DNA from: Phoronis australis | Lineage: Eukaryota; Animalia; Phoronida | Reading direction: 5' to 3' | DNA length: 64,000 nt | NCBI GenBank assembly: GCA_002633005.1 | Contig: NMRA01000646.1 | Coordinates: 1-64,000, forward strand | Part shown: positions 13,706-27,700 of the stretch, in pieces | How the letters are laid out: each line of letters begins with the position of its first letter | Numbering within the stretch: position 1 is the first letter of the stretch | Notes under the pieces: model-generated | The model's input: only the letters and a program-made list of their open reading frames with translations | What the model was told of the DNA's origin: nothing | The model's database searches: none | Program-made: the position numbers and the translations under genes

Positions 13706-15832
13706 TTCATTGGAAAGTAAGCTGCTCTTGGCTTTAATTAGTTTGTACAACAAACTTTCGTAGTGTCTACACAAGTGTCTTTCATCGGATGGTATTTGAT
13801 ATAGTAGATCGCCCAGTGTAAGTGGCATCACGAACACATATATATGAGTAAATATATAATAAAATTCTGTACAAAACATTTCACAATAAAACAGTAGCGG
13901 TACTTCGACTATACATCTGTCATCAAACTGTAAAAAAATCATCTACGAATTTGTAGATTTTCGTAAATACAGTACGTTAATATGTAAATCAGAAGCCAAC
14001 GAATTTCCTGATCAAAACGGATGGCTATGAGCAATTTCTGCATGCATGCTTGCAGATTTTTGACGGGTAACCGTGGCAACATCGGAGATGGGGCATTCGT
14101 GTTAAGGTGTATTTTGCTCATTTCCGAGGTACCTACAACGGTTCAAGACTTAAACTTGAACTCCAAAAAACGCTGTAATCTTTGTTTATGGTTTTGAGTA
14201 CTTACGTACCCCGTTCGATCCCAATCCGTAGCCACGACAGACTTTTCGACACGTGCAAATTCCTTACATGTATAAACAACTCCTAGTAACGATCTTCAAA
14301 AGAAATAAAATTCTTGTGGTACTATTAGGAAAAGATAACATTATTTTATAGCTAACCATCGGAAATAGTCCTTTTGTGTAATTCATAAATAGTGGTCTCC
14401 GCTTTCTTCAAACTTCCACCCTTTTGAAAGCAGGTAATCCTATTGTATTTATCCATTTTTGTTGTTTGGATCGAATGTCTTGATACTGCTGTGCTGTGCA
14501 CGAATGTTTTGTGTTTATTGATGAAGTTGGAATCTCAGTTTCCCCCCTCCTAAATACTTCTCAATGTCGGATTTACATGTATAGACAGGCAAAGAGATCA
14601 TTCCTCAGAACCGCCCCACCAAGAGATGGTCCCTTCTGAAATGGCACACCTTAAGATAAAAGGCTAAATATCATTAAGCTCGGAAAAGAGTGATAGTTCA
14701 TTTCATCGTCGTGTGGCTCTGCAAGACGTGACCTTCCTCGGCATGAAAACCGGTTGTGCGATTTCACAAAAATGGAAAAATAGAAGTAATTGATTCCAAC
14801 ATTGGACCCTCTCTCCGTGAGCCGCCCCCTAAGAATTTTCCAATAAAATCACGAAAAGGGTGACAACTTGAATGTCATCAAGGACTTCCTTAAAGGGCTG
14901 GGCCTCTAAAAATGAAAACATCTATATTAGTTTTCAAAAATGAGGAATGCGTAGCATTTGATGCTTTCTGTCAGGTCATCAATTTTATCTCAAGCCATAC
15001 ACAATTTAGAGAAAAAAAAACAAAAAATAGAACGATACCTATCTCCCTTGCAAATTTGAAATTCAATGAATACATAAACTTCGCAAATCCTCGGTTTACA
15101 AATTTTCTAGATTTTTCGAAACATATTTATGAACGATTAAGTGCACGTTTTCAAGTGCGTTTACTAGTAGACTACCTATGCTGCGAAAACGGGAACGAAC
15201 ATTTGTAACAACAATATTCTGCTCAGATCCCTCTAATGTTCTCTTGAATGTTCTGCCATCTCCGTGTTTCGCAGTCTTTCTTTTCTCGTCTGTCCTTGGC
15301 CCCACTCTTACATGTATTTCAGTTGCCATTCTGAAGCCTGCAAATTTTTTTCGGGGGGGGGGCACGTGTCCCCCGCCCCCGCCCCGCTTCCTACGGTTGT
15401 GCTTCTAAACTGAGTAAGGAACAATACGAGATCAACTTTAACGGTAAATTATCCGAGTTCACTTAATTCGGGCACAGGCAAACGGTGCCTTGTCGGTTTA
15501 AAACTTGTCCAATTCCGCAGCACTCAATCAGAATATGCCCATTTACAATTACCGTCTGTAGGCCCCCAAAATTACTCATAAAAAGAAACGTAAGTCATTG
15601 ATAAGTTTTATCTATTCAGATCACATTTGAAGTATACTAAATTAAAAATGTTTTCACTCACGGATGCTGCTGATAACTGTGAAGTTATTGGGGACAAATA
15701 AAACAACAAGAATAATGTATATTTTGAGTTGTATTGGGAATTTCATGGTCACAGATCTACAAATAAATATTTCACAGAAGGAACCAGATGGGTTCCTTAA
15801 TTACAAGAGATAACACACACATTTCCGATACN

Positions 15833-16620
15833 ACGATGTAGTTAGCCATCTATATTACCTAGTTTAACGTTCATTGTACCTAACCGTATCATACTTGTGT
15901 TTGTTCACCTTTTTCTGGCGGCGGAGTGTCAAGAATGACTTCTTGATGATTTTATCTATTCTGAGAATTGTGCCTTATTTGGGCCCACCTACACGTTTAA
16001 TACTATTGGTTAGTTTAACTCCTCCTACTCGTACCACGTGATTACTACACGTGGCTGCATCGACTGTATTATTATATTGTAGTTTCCGTGCAAATAAAAT
16101 CAGTTGTTCTTTTAACCTTACACGAACCAGTTATCACTTTTGCTCTCCCAATTCATTCCACACAATCATGATAATATCTATGTTGACAACATAATTGGTG
16201 GCACTATGTTCCCCAGACTCAACAAGACTACACTGCTGAAGCTCAGATCTATTATGCAACAACCACTTCACTGTTCCAGACAGCTGGTTTCAGTCGGAGA
16301 TCATGGGCTACAAATGACCCTATTCTACAGGCCAAGTTTGAAAATGACCAGACAGATGACTGTGCAGAGTCAGTCAATGTCCTGGGACTCTGCTGGCACC
16401 CAAACACAGATGACGTAACTTTTACCCAGCCTACACTGATGGTTACAGAGGTGACTAGAAGACAGATTTTGAAAGCATCATCATCATCTTTTTTTGACCG
16501 GTACGTAATGCTGCCAGGAAAGAATTGGACAACATTAAAGCAATCCACTACATGGACAGAGCTAAAATCCCTAGCTAGAATATTCAGCTTTCTTTGTGGC
16601 GCGGGAGTGTTCTCATCTTG
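15833..16620 (+). mobile_element. BEL/Pao LTR (about 15927-16136) followed by a BEL pol fragment
   Basis: PPT-like ggcggag|TGT. It shares gccttatttgg and aataaaatcagttg with the LTR at 5721-6076. Downstream are DNIYVDNIIGG (RT YVD motif), AGFSRRSWATND and VNVLGLCWHPNTDD, and VTRRQILK (Pao A17 region), with frameshifts. Confidence 0.75.
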
Positions 16621-16759
16621 CTAATGCCAGTAGCTTATACTAGTGCAATTGAGTGTTCCACACTTAGTTACTGAAATACAACCATCTCACTGCCGGACCA
16701 AGACAGTCCACACAAAAAAACACTGCTACTAAGTGGAGTTACTCTACTATAGGCATCAT

Positions 16760-18078
16760 GTAAATGTCATGGACTTAAACTTGTCAAAATATTTTTCTAC
16801 TTTTGAATTGCTATAGCTGTGCTTTTCAGAGTTTGACTGTCAGTACCAGTGTTTTAAATAAGATGCCTGAGAAGGGGAAACAACTTGACATCTCTCATTT
16901 CGCCAATCATTGTCTGGCCTCAGACTCAATGAAGGAAGACCTCTTGACATTGAAGTTCTTAAAGGAGACTGTTTCAGAAATAGAGTTGACTACAACTGGT
17001 CAAGGGAACAATAATACATGGTTTGAATTAAGGAGAGGGCGCATGACTGCATCAAAGTTTGGTCAGTCAACTGACTCACTCCTTGAATCAAAAAAGGTGA
17101 AATAAGTCGTTGGCAAGGACACAGTGCACACCACATTCACCAACACGAGTCTAAACTTGGGCAATCTTAACTTGGGCAATTAACACAAAAACACAGCCAA
17201 GAATTTGTATAAAAGAGCAATGCGTTTTAATCACAGCAGTTTCAAGTTTGAGAAGCCTGCTCTTACATTACCATAACCATCACTACATTCATTGGTTGTT
17301 CTGTGGATGGTGTTCCATCATGAAAATGTCATGGACTTAAACTTGTCAAAATATTTTTCTACCTTTGAATTACTATTGCTGTGCTTTTCAGAGTTTGTAA
17401 GTGAAGTAAAGCATAGTGCCTTGCACTTAGTGCAAAACACAAGTGAAGATGGAGATCTGGAAATCAGTTTAGAAATTGCTGCTCTTCAGATGCTGACTCC
17501 TGATGCTCCACATGTGTCTAAGGAAGATGCCCTGGCACAGACGAGAACACAATACCCAGACAAACATGACTAGACAGGCTGGTCTGTCAATGGACAGCAC
17601 TGACATTTCTTTGATTCCATTAGTAAAGAAATACATCATGTTTGACTGTTAGTACTAGTGTTTGAAGAAGATGCCAGAGAAGGGGAAACAGCCTAAGTTC
17701 GCCATTCATTGAATGGCCTCAGGCTCAATGAAGGAAGACTTCTTGGCATTGAAGTTGTCAAAAGAAAAGAGTCTGTTTCAGAAATAGAATTAACTACAAC
17801 CGGTGAAGGGAACAATAATACATGGTTTGAGTTAAGAAGAGGGTGCATGACTGCATCAAAGTTTGGTCAGTCAACTGACTCACGCCTCGAGTCAGAGAAG
17901 GGCAAATTAGTCATTGGCGAGGACACGGTGCACACCGCATTCTCCAACATGTGTCTAAACTTGGGCACTTAACACGAAAACATAGCAAAGGATTTGTATA
18001 AAAGAGCAATGCATTTTAAACACAGCAGTTTCAAGTTTGAGCAGCCAGGTCTCATAATATCCATAACCATCACTACAT
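16760..18078 (+). pseudogene. Two tandem degenerate copies of a YqaJ exonuclease fragment (transposon-derived)
   Basis: EIELTTTG(Q/E)GNNNTWFELRRG(R/C)MTASKFGQ occurs in ORFs 16803-17105 and 17709-17972. This is the YqaJ T..Q....W...R..R.TAS.F motif. Flanking DNA is duplicated too. Confidence 0.75.
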
Positions 18079-18179
18079 TGAAGGCAGAAGACAAATTTGA
18101 ACTATCTATTTAAGTGTAAATTGCAAGGTCCAAGTATCTTCAAGATATTGTTATTTGGATGTATTTTATTCAAATTATA

Positions 18180-18535
18180 CTTGGAGAAGGAAGCAAGGAC
18201 GCCCTCGCCTTCGCTACAAAGACACCGTCAAAGCCAACCTGAAGTGGTGCAACATCAAACCCAAGGAGCTGAAAGCTGTTGCAGGCGAGCCACGATTCGA
18301 AAAGCAACTACCAGTTTTGAGGATGACCGCTGTAAGAGACTCGAAGCTGCTCGAGAGAAACGCCACTCAGCAGCATCCACCACTGTTACCACGACAGAGT
18401 TCCAATGCCCCACCTGTGCTCGACTCTGCGCGTCAAGACTGGGACTGCAGAGCCATCTTCATGTACATAGACGATGAGACACACAACCTATGTCATCTTC
18501 GGACCCGAAGGACTACCAACAATTCCAATTATCAT
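18180..18535 (+). mobile_element. RTE (BovB-like) LINE 3' end inserted inside the Kolobok left end
   Basis: RRKQGRPRLRYKDTVKANLK, then after a frameshift FQCPTCARLCASRLGLQSHLHVH (C2H2 finger), a stop and a short 3' UTR. This is a typical RTE C-terminus. Confidence 0.85.
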
Positions 18536-19242
18536 GTAATCGTGTCTGTAGTTACTTTAAAAAGCAAAAATAAAAAATAATGATTATTTATTCACTTCAG
18601 CAGTTGCCGCAAAAAATGGAATTATTATGCTCATTTTAAAGCATATTTATTTTGTTTCATCAGAAGCTGACATGGAGGAATACGAGCAGTAGCAAAAAGA
18701 CAGTCAAACCCCCGCTGTGGCACCTTTTGCTCTGCCAAGCACTCCTCTACAGCCATCAAGTTTGCATAAAAGTTTTTTCAGCTCTGTAGATGACTCTGGG
18801 TCATCTAACATTCCCAGCTCCTCAGAGAAAATGAAGAGGTATATAATGGTAGTTATTTGATAACCCTGGGTACTTCTTATTGTCCTATAGCACATGAGGA
18901 AACTGATACCTTTGGTATGCTGTTTTGTATTCTAGTCATGTTTTCTTCTGTTTAGGCGTTTCTTATCAATACATTGACTTACACCAGACAGCAGTGTTGG
19001 CTGTCACTAGCTGTGTAAGATTACTAATGTTCAAATCTGAAGTCGCAATATACACACCTGGTGGGTAAACTGTTTCTTTTTTTAGTACAGTTGTGCTCGT
19101 GTGCACTAGACTACAGTGGGTTACAATTTTTGAGCTGTGGATTGCATGTAATTATAATAGACGGGCCAGTTGCTGCAGTATTGTCATTTGTGTATTTGTG
19201 CTGCTGTAGCTGTATGTTTCTTGCACGTTTCTCCTTTTTTAG

Positions 19243-21805
19243 ATCATCGAGAATAAAGCAGGAAAAGTATTTGGCGAAAGATGATGACAGAATCCTGTTG
19301 GTCTTCGAATCCATGTTGTTGCAGTTATTATCATTTTTCATGACATGTAAACGGAAGGCAACAACCCAGCTGATCAAGTTTGTCGGCACCATGGTGGTGA
19401 TCCATCAGGTGTGCTCTCAGGCAAACTGCCCAGGTTACACTTGGTCCTCACAGCCGAGTATAGACCAGCTGCCTCTTGGGAACATTTTACTGGCGCTATC
19501 AATTCTTTGTGCTGGCAGTTCAGCATCAAAAACCCTGAGGGTTTTAAAATTCGTGGGGGTAAAGGCCTATCACTACTCAACGTTTTACCACCACCAAAAG
19601 ATGTACCTCACCGGGGCCATCATGAGAGTTTGGGAAACACAGTATGCCAAACTCCCGAGAACCCTGGGTGATGACATGCTTCAGGGGGGTGATGTTCATT
19701 GCGACAACCCAGGATACACAGCAAAATACGGCAGCTATACTTATATGGACTTAAAACCAAACAAGACTGTTGCCATGGAGCTGGTGCAGGCATTAAAAAT
19801 GACTTGTAAAAAAAACTTTACGTAAATTGTGCATGACCCGGGTTGGATTACTAATGTGTCTATTATCTTTGCACATGAATATATTTCCAAGGCAGGTGTT
19901 GTTTAGCTTAGTCAAAAGGGATCTGTGAACTTCCGAAATGAGACAAGCTACACACTTTAATTTTCATTAACTGTACTAAGACCAGGTGGAGTCAAGTGAG
20001 TAGAATTTTGGTGTACTCAAATCTCACAAATTGATTTATGGTATACTTAAGATGCAGAGTTTTTATACAAATGTATTCTTGCTTTGATATTGCATTGAGT
20101 GGTGTTCAAATGGTAATGTTTAGTCATTTCCTGTTGTTTGTGATCTTTCTTGATCAGTAACTAGAGACAATTTGTGGCATTGTAAGCTAACAGGTATCTG
20201 CTAGACCATTACGATAATTTTTACGCATAATTTAGGTGTGTTTTGTACAGTCTTTTAGGTAGTCTTATCAGGTGTCAATTTGTACTCATTTTTGGTTTTT
20301 GCTTCATTAATTTCAGAAAAATGGAAGTTGCAGGCTCCTACCACATGGAATTATGTTTCAAAAGGTGCCGACTGAAGCTGTTGGACCATGTGGCTCCTCA
20401 GAGTCTGACAATTGTGACAGATCATCACCCTTCCATTAATAAATGGATTGCAGATTACTGGGCTGTTGTCAACCACTTGTTTGATATTTGGCATATAGCT
20501 AAAGGTACAGTGGTATGCAAAAAGTTGCTGAAAATGCTTATCATTGAAGTTTGGCAAAGTTTTAGTGAATTCTCGTCACTTTGCGTCTAATTTTCTTTCA
20601 AGGTTTTTGTTCTAACTAAAGTATGCAGGCATGGTTCATCAACTGTTGTAGATAACAACTGGAATCGTTTTTATATGCGTGTTGCAGTAAATTAAAGTAA
20701 GGTGGCTTTGAGCATATGCTCTTGTTAGGAACGGAACTTGCCGATGTAAGAATTGCCTTCAATTTTGAAAAAGTGGGACTACACTAATGCTTTCACGGCA
20801 ACGCTACTCGCCTTGGGTAGTAGCATGTGATATTGAGAAGATTCTTGTTGCATTTCATTAATTTGTGATGGCACGTATGTTTCTAAGCTCTTGCATTGTT
20901 GTATTAATTTGTTGTACCTTCCTAGGTCTGCGTAAAAAACTGGCCCCGCTGAGCAAGAAGTATCCATCGGTGAAGAAGTGGGAAGACGCAATCATCAATC
21001 ATGTGTATAGGTGTGGCACAGAAAGTAAGGGTGATAATGTCCTTTGTCTAGAAATGTGGAAGAGCTTGGGAAACCACATCGTGAATATACACACGCATAA
21101 AGATAATAGTGTGTATACTGAGTGCGGGCATGGCCCCCTTCAACCTAGGGAATGGATGACTCCAGGTATGTAAGCGTTACTTTTGCCATGTTTTATACGG
21201 TGATATCTGAATGCTTTTGAGAATGAATGGCTTTGGTTTGCTGACGTTTGGAAATAGCAGAGTAGTGATCTTATTGACACTGCCAGCTTTGCCCACTTTA
21301 TACAAGATGTGCTTGGAAAACGAGGCGATTCCTGTTAGGTGTTGTTGCAATTCAGGTAATCAAAAGGGAGTTCGATATTCACTATTTGTCAATCTTGGGT
21401 GTTGCAAGAAGTTGACAGCCAGTTCTGTGTTTCTCCTGCTATTGCATAGCTACTGTTTCACTCTCACTCGTTCTTCTTTGTTGTACAAAGTCTCTAACTT
21501 TTTCGAAGGTTTGATGAAACCTCCATACTCGTAGTTACAGGCCTGTAATTGTGGCATGCGTTTTTTTCGTGTTATTGTTCACAAACTAGTGAGTTTATTA
21601 CTGTGATGATACAAGTAGTATTATTTATACAGGGACTGCTCAATATGAAGATTTAATGAAGGTGTTGGATAACAAGCTTTTGCGGGAAAGACATCTCCAG
21701 GCTTTCTCCCGTTGGCCAGACCGCATCCTTAGAAAGATTCCACTCCCTTGTGAACAAATTTGCTCCAAAAGTGAAGCATTTCGATTACTCGGGGATGAAT
21801 AGCAG
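19243..21805 (+). pseudogene. Spliced Kolobok/Mutator-like DDE transposase (exons about 19243-19788, 20317-20503, 20926-21165, 21632-21805)
   Basis: Motifs GGDVHCDNPGYTAKYGSYTYMD (first D), IVTDHHPSI (second D), HLFDIWHIAK, WKSLGNHIVNIH and QTASLERFHSLVNKFAPK (E). GT-AG introns are present, and there is a frameshift in the last exon. Confidence 0.8.
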
Positions 21806-22853
21806 GTTTCTGCCACAGTCATATGTCATAGGGATGGATAGTAGGACATCACTGCACCAAGGTAGTCTGGGAGATTCCAGTCTTAGTTGTAGCCTCAGCC
21901 TTCCCTAGTGGAAAGCTTCATTGAGCATCAGGGCCGTGGCAGATCATGCCTAGGGGATATATAGTAATGGACATACTTCGTTTGATAATTAGCTGACACT
22001 AAGACACCTGATTCGTTGATGGAGGGGACTGTTTTGTAAATAGTCATGAACATTACAGTAAAAATTTTTAAAAACTTTTCCATATGCTATATGGGCAATC
22101 ACCAATCCAATGGGATGCCCTCTATACTCTATAGAAACTTTACCAAGCTATTCCTACCCNNNNNNNNNNNNNNNNNNNNNNNNNNNNNNNNNNNNNNNNN
22201 NNNNNNNNNNNNNNNNNNNNNNNNNNNNNNNNNNNNNNNNNNNNNNNNNNNNNNNNNNNNNNNNNNNNNNNNNNNNNNNNNNNNNNNNNNNNNNNNNNNN
22301 NNNNNNNNNNNNNNNNNNNNNNNNNNNNNNNNNNNNNNNNNNNNNNNNNNNNNNNNNNNNNNNNNNNNNNNNNNNNNNNNNNNNNNNNNNNNNNNNNNNN
22401 NNNNNNNNNNNNNNNNNNNNNNNNNNNNNNNNNNNNNNNNNNNNNNNNNNNNNNNNGCTCCAAAAGTGAAGCATTTCGATTACTCGGGGATGAATAGCAG
22501 GTTTTTGCCACAGTCATATGTCATAGGGATGGATAGTAGGACTCACTGCACCAAGGTAGTCTGGGAGATTCCAGTCTTAGTTGTAGCCTCAGCCTTCCCT
22601 AGTGGAAAGCTTCATTGAGCATCAGGGCCGTGGCAGATCATGCCTAGGGGATATATAGTAATGGACATACTTCGTTTGATATTTAGCTGACACTAAGACA
22701 CCTGATTCATTGATGGAGGGGACTGTTTTGTAAATAGTCATGAACATTACAGTAAAAATTTTTAAAAACTTTTCCATAAGCTATATGGGCAATCACCGAT
22801 CCAATGGGATGCCCTCTATACTCTATAGAAACTTTACCAAGCTATTCCTACCC
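21762..22853 (+). repeat. ~400-bp near-identical direct duplication flanking a 297-N gap (likely assembly overlap)
   Basis: 21762-22159 recurs at 22457-22853 with a few substitutions. The gap is 22160-22456. Confidence 0.9.
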
Positions 22854-22989
22854 AAGGTGGCTCACACCCAGGCCATATACCAAATTTCATAATTAACAGC
22901 AACATTGGGCACATAGACATGAAGAGGTTGTTTTGATCTCAAGCATTGACTTACAAACTAAAACTGTTTTGGAACACATGTGACATTGA

Positions 22990-23305
22990 TATGGGCCCGA
23001 GTTGACTTGGCCCTAGAGTACGTAAATGAAGTGACCTGGAATTCGCCCCTCCCCCCCAGTCCACAGGTGAGAAAGTATAAATTATAAAATTGCAATTCTG
23101 TCTTCCTCTTGTATACACTACACAGTCGAGTATTCTGAAGTGGTTCTCATTCATTCCCTTGCATACATTTATTCACTCACTAGTAAGACGAGGAGTAAGA
23201 GACAACTTTGTGCAATGCTCAATTGTCTGCCAGTGAAAGCCAGGATTTGAACCTGAGTTTCGCAAACAAGAGTCCGGATCTCAAACCACTGAGCCACACT
23301 GTCTA
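22990..23305 (-). mobile_element. tRNA-derived SINE inserted in the Kolobok element
   Basis: Minus strand A-box TGGCTCAGTGG and B-box GGTTCAAATCC with tRNA-like spacing. The 3' boundary is approximate. Confidence 0.6.
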
Positions 23306-23409
23306 CAAATAATCAGGGACCAAACACTTTGAGTGATTTGCTAAAGCACAAAAAGTCCGAGTTTTTTATCACTGAAACTGGCATTTATCCACGGCTGAAA
23401 CACGATTCA

Positions 23410-23803
23410 TCAGAGGGGACAAGGGCACCTGGGACTGACCAGTAAAGCTATTGAACTTCGAATTAAAAAGACCAAGTAACAATTCGCGATTGTATGATAC
23501 ATATTTAAAATATTCCTACCAGTCACTAACATTCTGTCGCAACTCCTGCGCACCTCCTGCCCGTGGATGTTCACTGGATGAACCGCCTGGGACTGGATCT
23601 TCGTCGACGAACAGAGGCGGAGCAAGGGGATCGAGGGAGAACGGCTCCACTATAGAAAAGCTGTGAACACAAATTGTTCCTATGGGGTCTGTCACATCCT
23701 CCTCCACCTCCGAAACGTTGGAATCGTCTGAAAACTCCACCTGTACCTCCCTGTATCTTTCAAAATATTCTTCATCTACGCTGCTGTACTCACTGGGATC
23801 CAT
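23410..23803 (-). pseudogene. KolX accessory protein remnant (P2X7 ballast-like family)
   Basis: Acidic N-terminus, EPFSLDPLAP, RQNVSD-W with a phase-2 intron at 23519-23429 (gtagg...cccag). Splicing gives W-C-P-C, matching the KolX WCxC zinc motif, then a stop. Confidence 0.65.
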
Positions 23804-24737
23804 ATTGTTTTCTTTGTGTTCCCCAACACCACGTCACAGATGTGTAACGAAGGAAAATGACGCCGTTTCTATTTTCCATCACAACAATGGCGTTACAACA
23901 CCACGGCAATAAATTTGGAAATAACTTTGTATAGCGACGTACAATTCAGTTAATGTTAAGAATATAGCAATTATAATTATAAACTAGAATTTAGAGCATA
24001 TTGATGTTGCTCAGATTGGTTTGGACCTTGCAATTTCCTCTTTAAAGCAGGCAACATGAGCAACTGGTGCCTGAACACTGCAGTACTCCAACTCAGAGGA
24101 GTTTACATTAAAGAGCAGCAACAAACATTGCTTTCAAGGGTGTTAGACCCCCTCCACTGTAGAAACCAATGTTTATTACTTAGCAATATGTTAGCTAACA
24201 GACCGCCTATACTGGCGGATTTTCAAACAAACTGAAGAGCCTCACAAAATCCAGATCGTACATACTTGATTTTGTAACGCGGCAGGAATCAACACCTATC
24301 AGATGAACGTGGGCAGACGAAAAAGCAAGATGATAACTTATCGACATTTAAAGACGGTAAGCTAAATTCAGAGCTCAAAATTCTCAGATGCAGGAATATT
24401 CGATATATAATTATTAATAGTACACTGAACCTAAAAAGTCTTATATTTTCCCGTCATTTTTACACTAAAGAGAAATGCAGATCCCAAATTATAGAAATGC
24501 TCTTGCCTACTAAGAAGCAATCAAATTTTACATGTCCCTTTCTATCTGTAAAAAGGCACCGGACACCAGTATAAAGTAACTACCATTAATCAATGTTACA
24601 ATTATCCTTCCAATTGCACCTGAGGAAACAAAGTCTAATTGACCTGTTCTATTTTAAGATCAAAATGTGTCATTTCAAAAACAAACAGGGTCTATGAGGA
24701 CCACTTGTCCAGCACCCAACAAACAAATAGTCAAACA

Positions 24738-27700
24738 TTAAGAAATACTAATTACATACAGCATATCCGCTGTGATGACAAACAGGTGAGTGTTTGAAGC
24801 ACACATGCCTAAAATCGGATCCACATTGTCCAAAGTGAATACCTGCTGCTTGGCTATAGCACCAATTTGTTTTCCTGTCTTCCTGTTACGAAGTGGTGAT
24901 GAGATCTCCTGCGGCTGACGGTAGACATACACATGATGCGTGCAGTCACACAATGCAGCGAAGGAATAGTCTGGAGGGCATGTTGCAAATTTTTTGTTCT
25001 GTTTTGAAGCCTGCACGTAACCAAGTGCATTGAAGGTAGCCACATGTTCCCAGGGGCAGTCAACCGAGGATGGTGACTCACGACGGGGCTGCCAAATGAT
25101 GCCATCAAAGTCATGCCTCAAACAGATGGCTGGAAGTTCATCTGGATTGGAGATGGCATTGAATAACCACTGGTGACAGCTAATATTTGCCTACAAAGCA
25201 ATTGCCAATTAAAAGCATTTGTCATAGGGTGAACAAATTGCTCCCCGCTGCCTAAGGGTGCCACCTAAGGAGGAAGACCATACCACCCCCACAGCTAAGC
25301 CACTACTGTTGCCCAGGATGTGTGAATTTTCAAGGCTGTAATAATTTTAAATGGTAAATTTAGAATGAATTCCAAATTTGTTTAATTCAGCCTTAAAAAA
25401 ATTCTGTCAAAAAAATAATTAAACTATTACAGAGGTCAACATTCAATCAGAGTGCACTTTTGTTTTTCTGTTCATATCTCCATGAACAAGTTAAAGAAAC
25501 AGTATTAAGGTCAATGAAATGATAATGTTGGTGTGACCTTGAAAATGACATCAAGGGCACCAAATTTGACATACACCCAATTACACCTTTGTGCAAAATA
25601 TACACAAAATCCAAATGCTTATTTCTTGTGAGATATTGTGCATACATTTTGCAAGTAAAACTCGCCTTCATCACCACAACCTCGAATTCAAAGTCAAGGT
25701 ATGAATGACTTGAAAAAAATTGAAAATCTATCGCTACCTGGTGTGTAACTTTGTGTGTTTCGCCATCAATTCGCACCATAACTGCAGTGTCCTCTGGAAA
25801 TGTGTCACACTCTTCAAGTTCTTGAGCATTGTATGTCTGCTTCATTTCATCAGCATCCGTTTCCTAGAATGGTACGACACTCATGAACATTCACTGGGTA
25901 AGGTTGCTACTTGTGATACACGGTGATGAGCTCTGCGGTCTTACGAGCCCACCATGTGAACTGCATACAATGTAGATACAACAGCTGATCATTACATAAA
26001 AACTTTCCCACTAAAGCGAGCAAAGGAGAGTAAACCTAACATAAACTCTAGGGAATGAAAACCTAGTGTTTGCCAAATTTTATGAAAATATGTTAATGAA
26101 CTCCAAAGATGCAGAGAAAAATAAAACTACCACTGGGGAACACAGCAGTAGTGGAATCCGAATAAAGTTTGTAATTGTCTCCCACCTTAATAGAACTAAA
26201 CTTTCCAAAGTGAACAAAGATAATGTTAAGGGTTTAGGCGATGCAGCCGTGGATGTCACAGCAGTTGGAGCTGTCCGAAAATATATGTCAGCCATGCTCC
26301 TTCCAGTTGGAACATATATACCGATTCTCATAATTCTTAAAGTGGTTTGGCTGATAGAGAGCCAGATGCCAAAACATTCAAGAACAGCAAAACTGACCAC
26401 AAAATACATCGAATCCATGCAAAAATGGGAAAATGGCTTCATCTTCTTAGATACAAATTTGTCTAATATACATCAAAAATCCATTTAAGAACTCATAAGA
26501 TACAACAGTGTTGTCTCTTTTATAAGATTATTACTTGCCATAATAGCAGTGATAACAATAAAACTATAGACCACAAGGGCACAATAACCTATTGAAGTTG
26601 TGAAAATAGTGCATACATTGATATACTATGTACATGTACTCAGCATTTAGAGCTTATCTTTAACAATCTCAAACAACAAGAGACACCTGCACAACAACAA
26701 TTCCTACCTGAGATTTAACTATGCTTGCAAAGTCTTCTATAGCAGCTTGTTGAGAAGGGTCCAATTGAGCACGACCTTGGGTGTCTCCTTCGATGAACGA
26801 TGGCCAGCTTTCTGCCGTCTGTTTAGTTATTGTGAGGTCAAGTCTGGAATTTGCAGCAGTAACTTTTTAGCTATAAACCCTCCTTCAAAAGCCTTTTATT
26901 CTAGATATATCGAGTTATTCACAAGCAGCACACAAGATATGAACACATATGTAAGCACAGCAAATGAAATATTGAATAGCCTTTACACTCGCATTTTACC
27001 CTGTAAAATGAACAACGAAAGGGCAACTCAAATTTCAGCTATAGAGCCCGCTCTATGCCGGTCGCTACAACAGTTGCAAGAGGTCCCAATCCTTCCATCG
27101 AAATCTTGAAAATCCATTTTTTAATTCTGAGCGAATGTCGGGATATTTATATTTGCACTTAAATGATAACATTTTGCTTGTAATTTCCAGTAACATGAAT
27201 TTCTATGGATGAAACGTGCAAAATCTGTGTCTTTATTATATTAGCTACAAATTTAAAACATTTCTGGGATTTCTTTTGAAGTATTTCTGGCTGAGAACTC
27301 CGCTGTCAAAGAAGATGTCAACATCCCTTAAAAAAAAGGGAAGTCTTGCTTTTTGGTAGCTCATCTCTCCACCTAAAAACCTTTCAAAACAGGAAATTCC
27401 AGTGCTAGTAAACAGTATGGAGAATTTGACATTTTTTATTAAAAAATTCATACATCTGGGCATTGCTTTCGTGCATACAAGATTGTGTGCTCAACAAGGA
27501 TTTTAAAAATATAATAGTTTTATCAATCTACTATTGATACTTAAATTCCCTTTTAAGAATTTTCAATTGATCCTTATTAATGAAGGTACCTTGTCTCCTT
27601 TGTAATCCACAGCAGTAGGGGCAATCATGCATAAAGATCTGACTGGAGGTGATCCTGTCTTAATAATGGCAGGTAATAGGTGCAAACACTAGTGAAGTGC

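Larger units (their letters stand above)
18114..24041. mobile_element. Kolobok DNA transposon (degenerate): DDE transposase on +, KolX on -, tail to tail
   Basis: Inverted termini: ttaa-gtgt-AAATTGCAAGGTCCAA (18110-18133) versus TTGGACCTTGCAATTT-cctct-ttaa (24021-24045), with TTAA flanks. Internal transposase and KolX exons are listed separately. Confidence 0.78.

Noticed and set aside
13502-13942. ORFs with VCVC or THTH runs
   Set aside because: They are translations of a (GT)n microsatellite.
22046-22618. Long ORFs containing X runs, and an apparent duplicated transposase exon
   Set aside because: They are produced by the 297-N gap and an unmerged overlap on either side of it.
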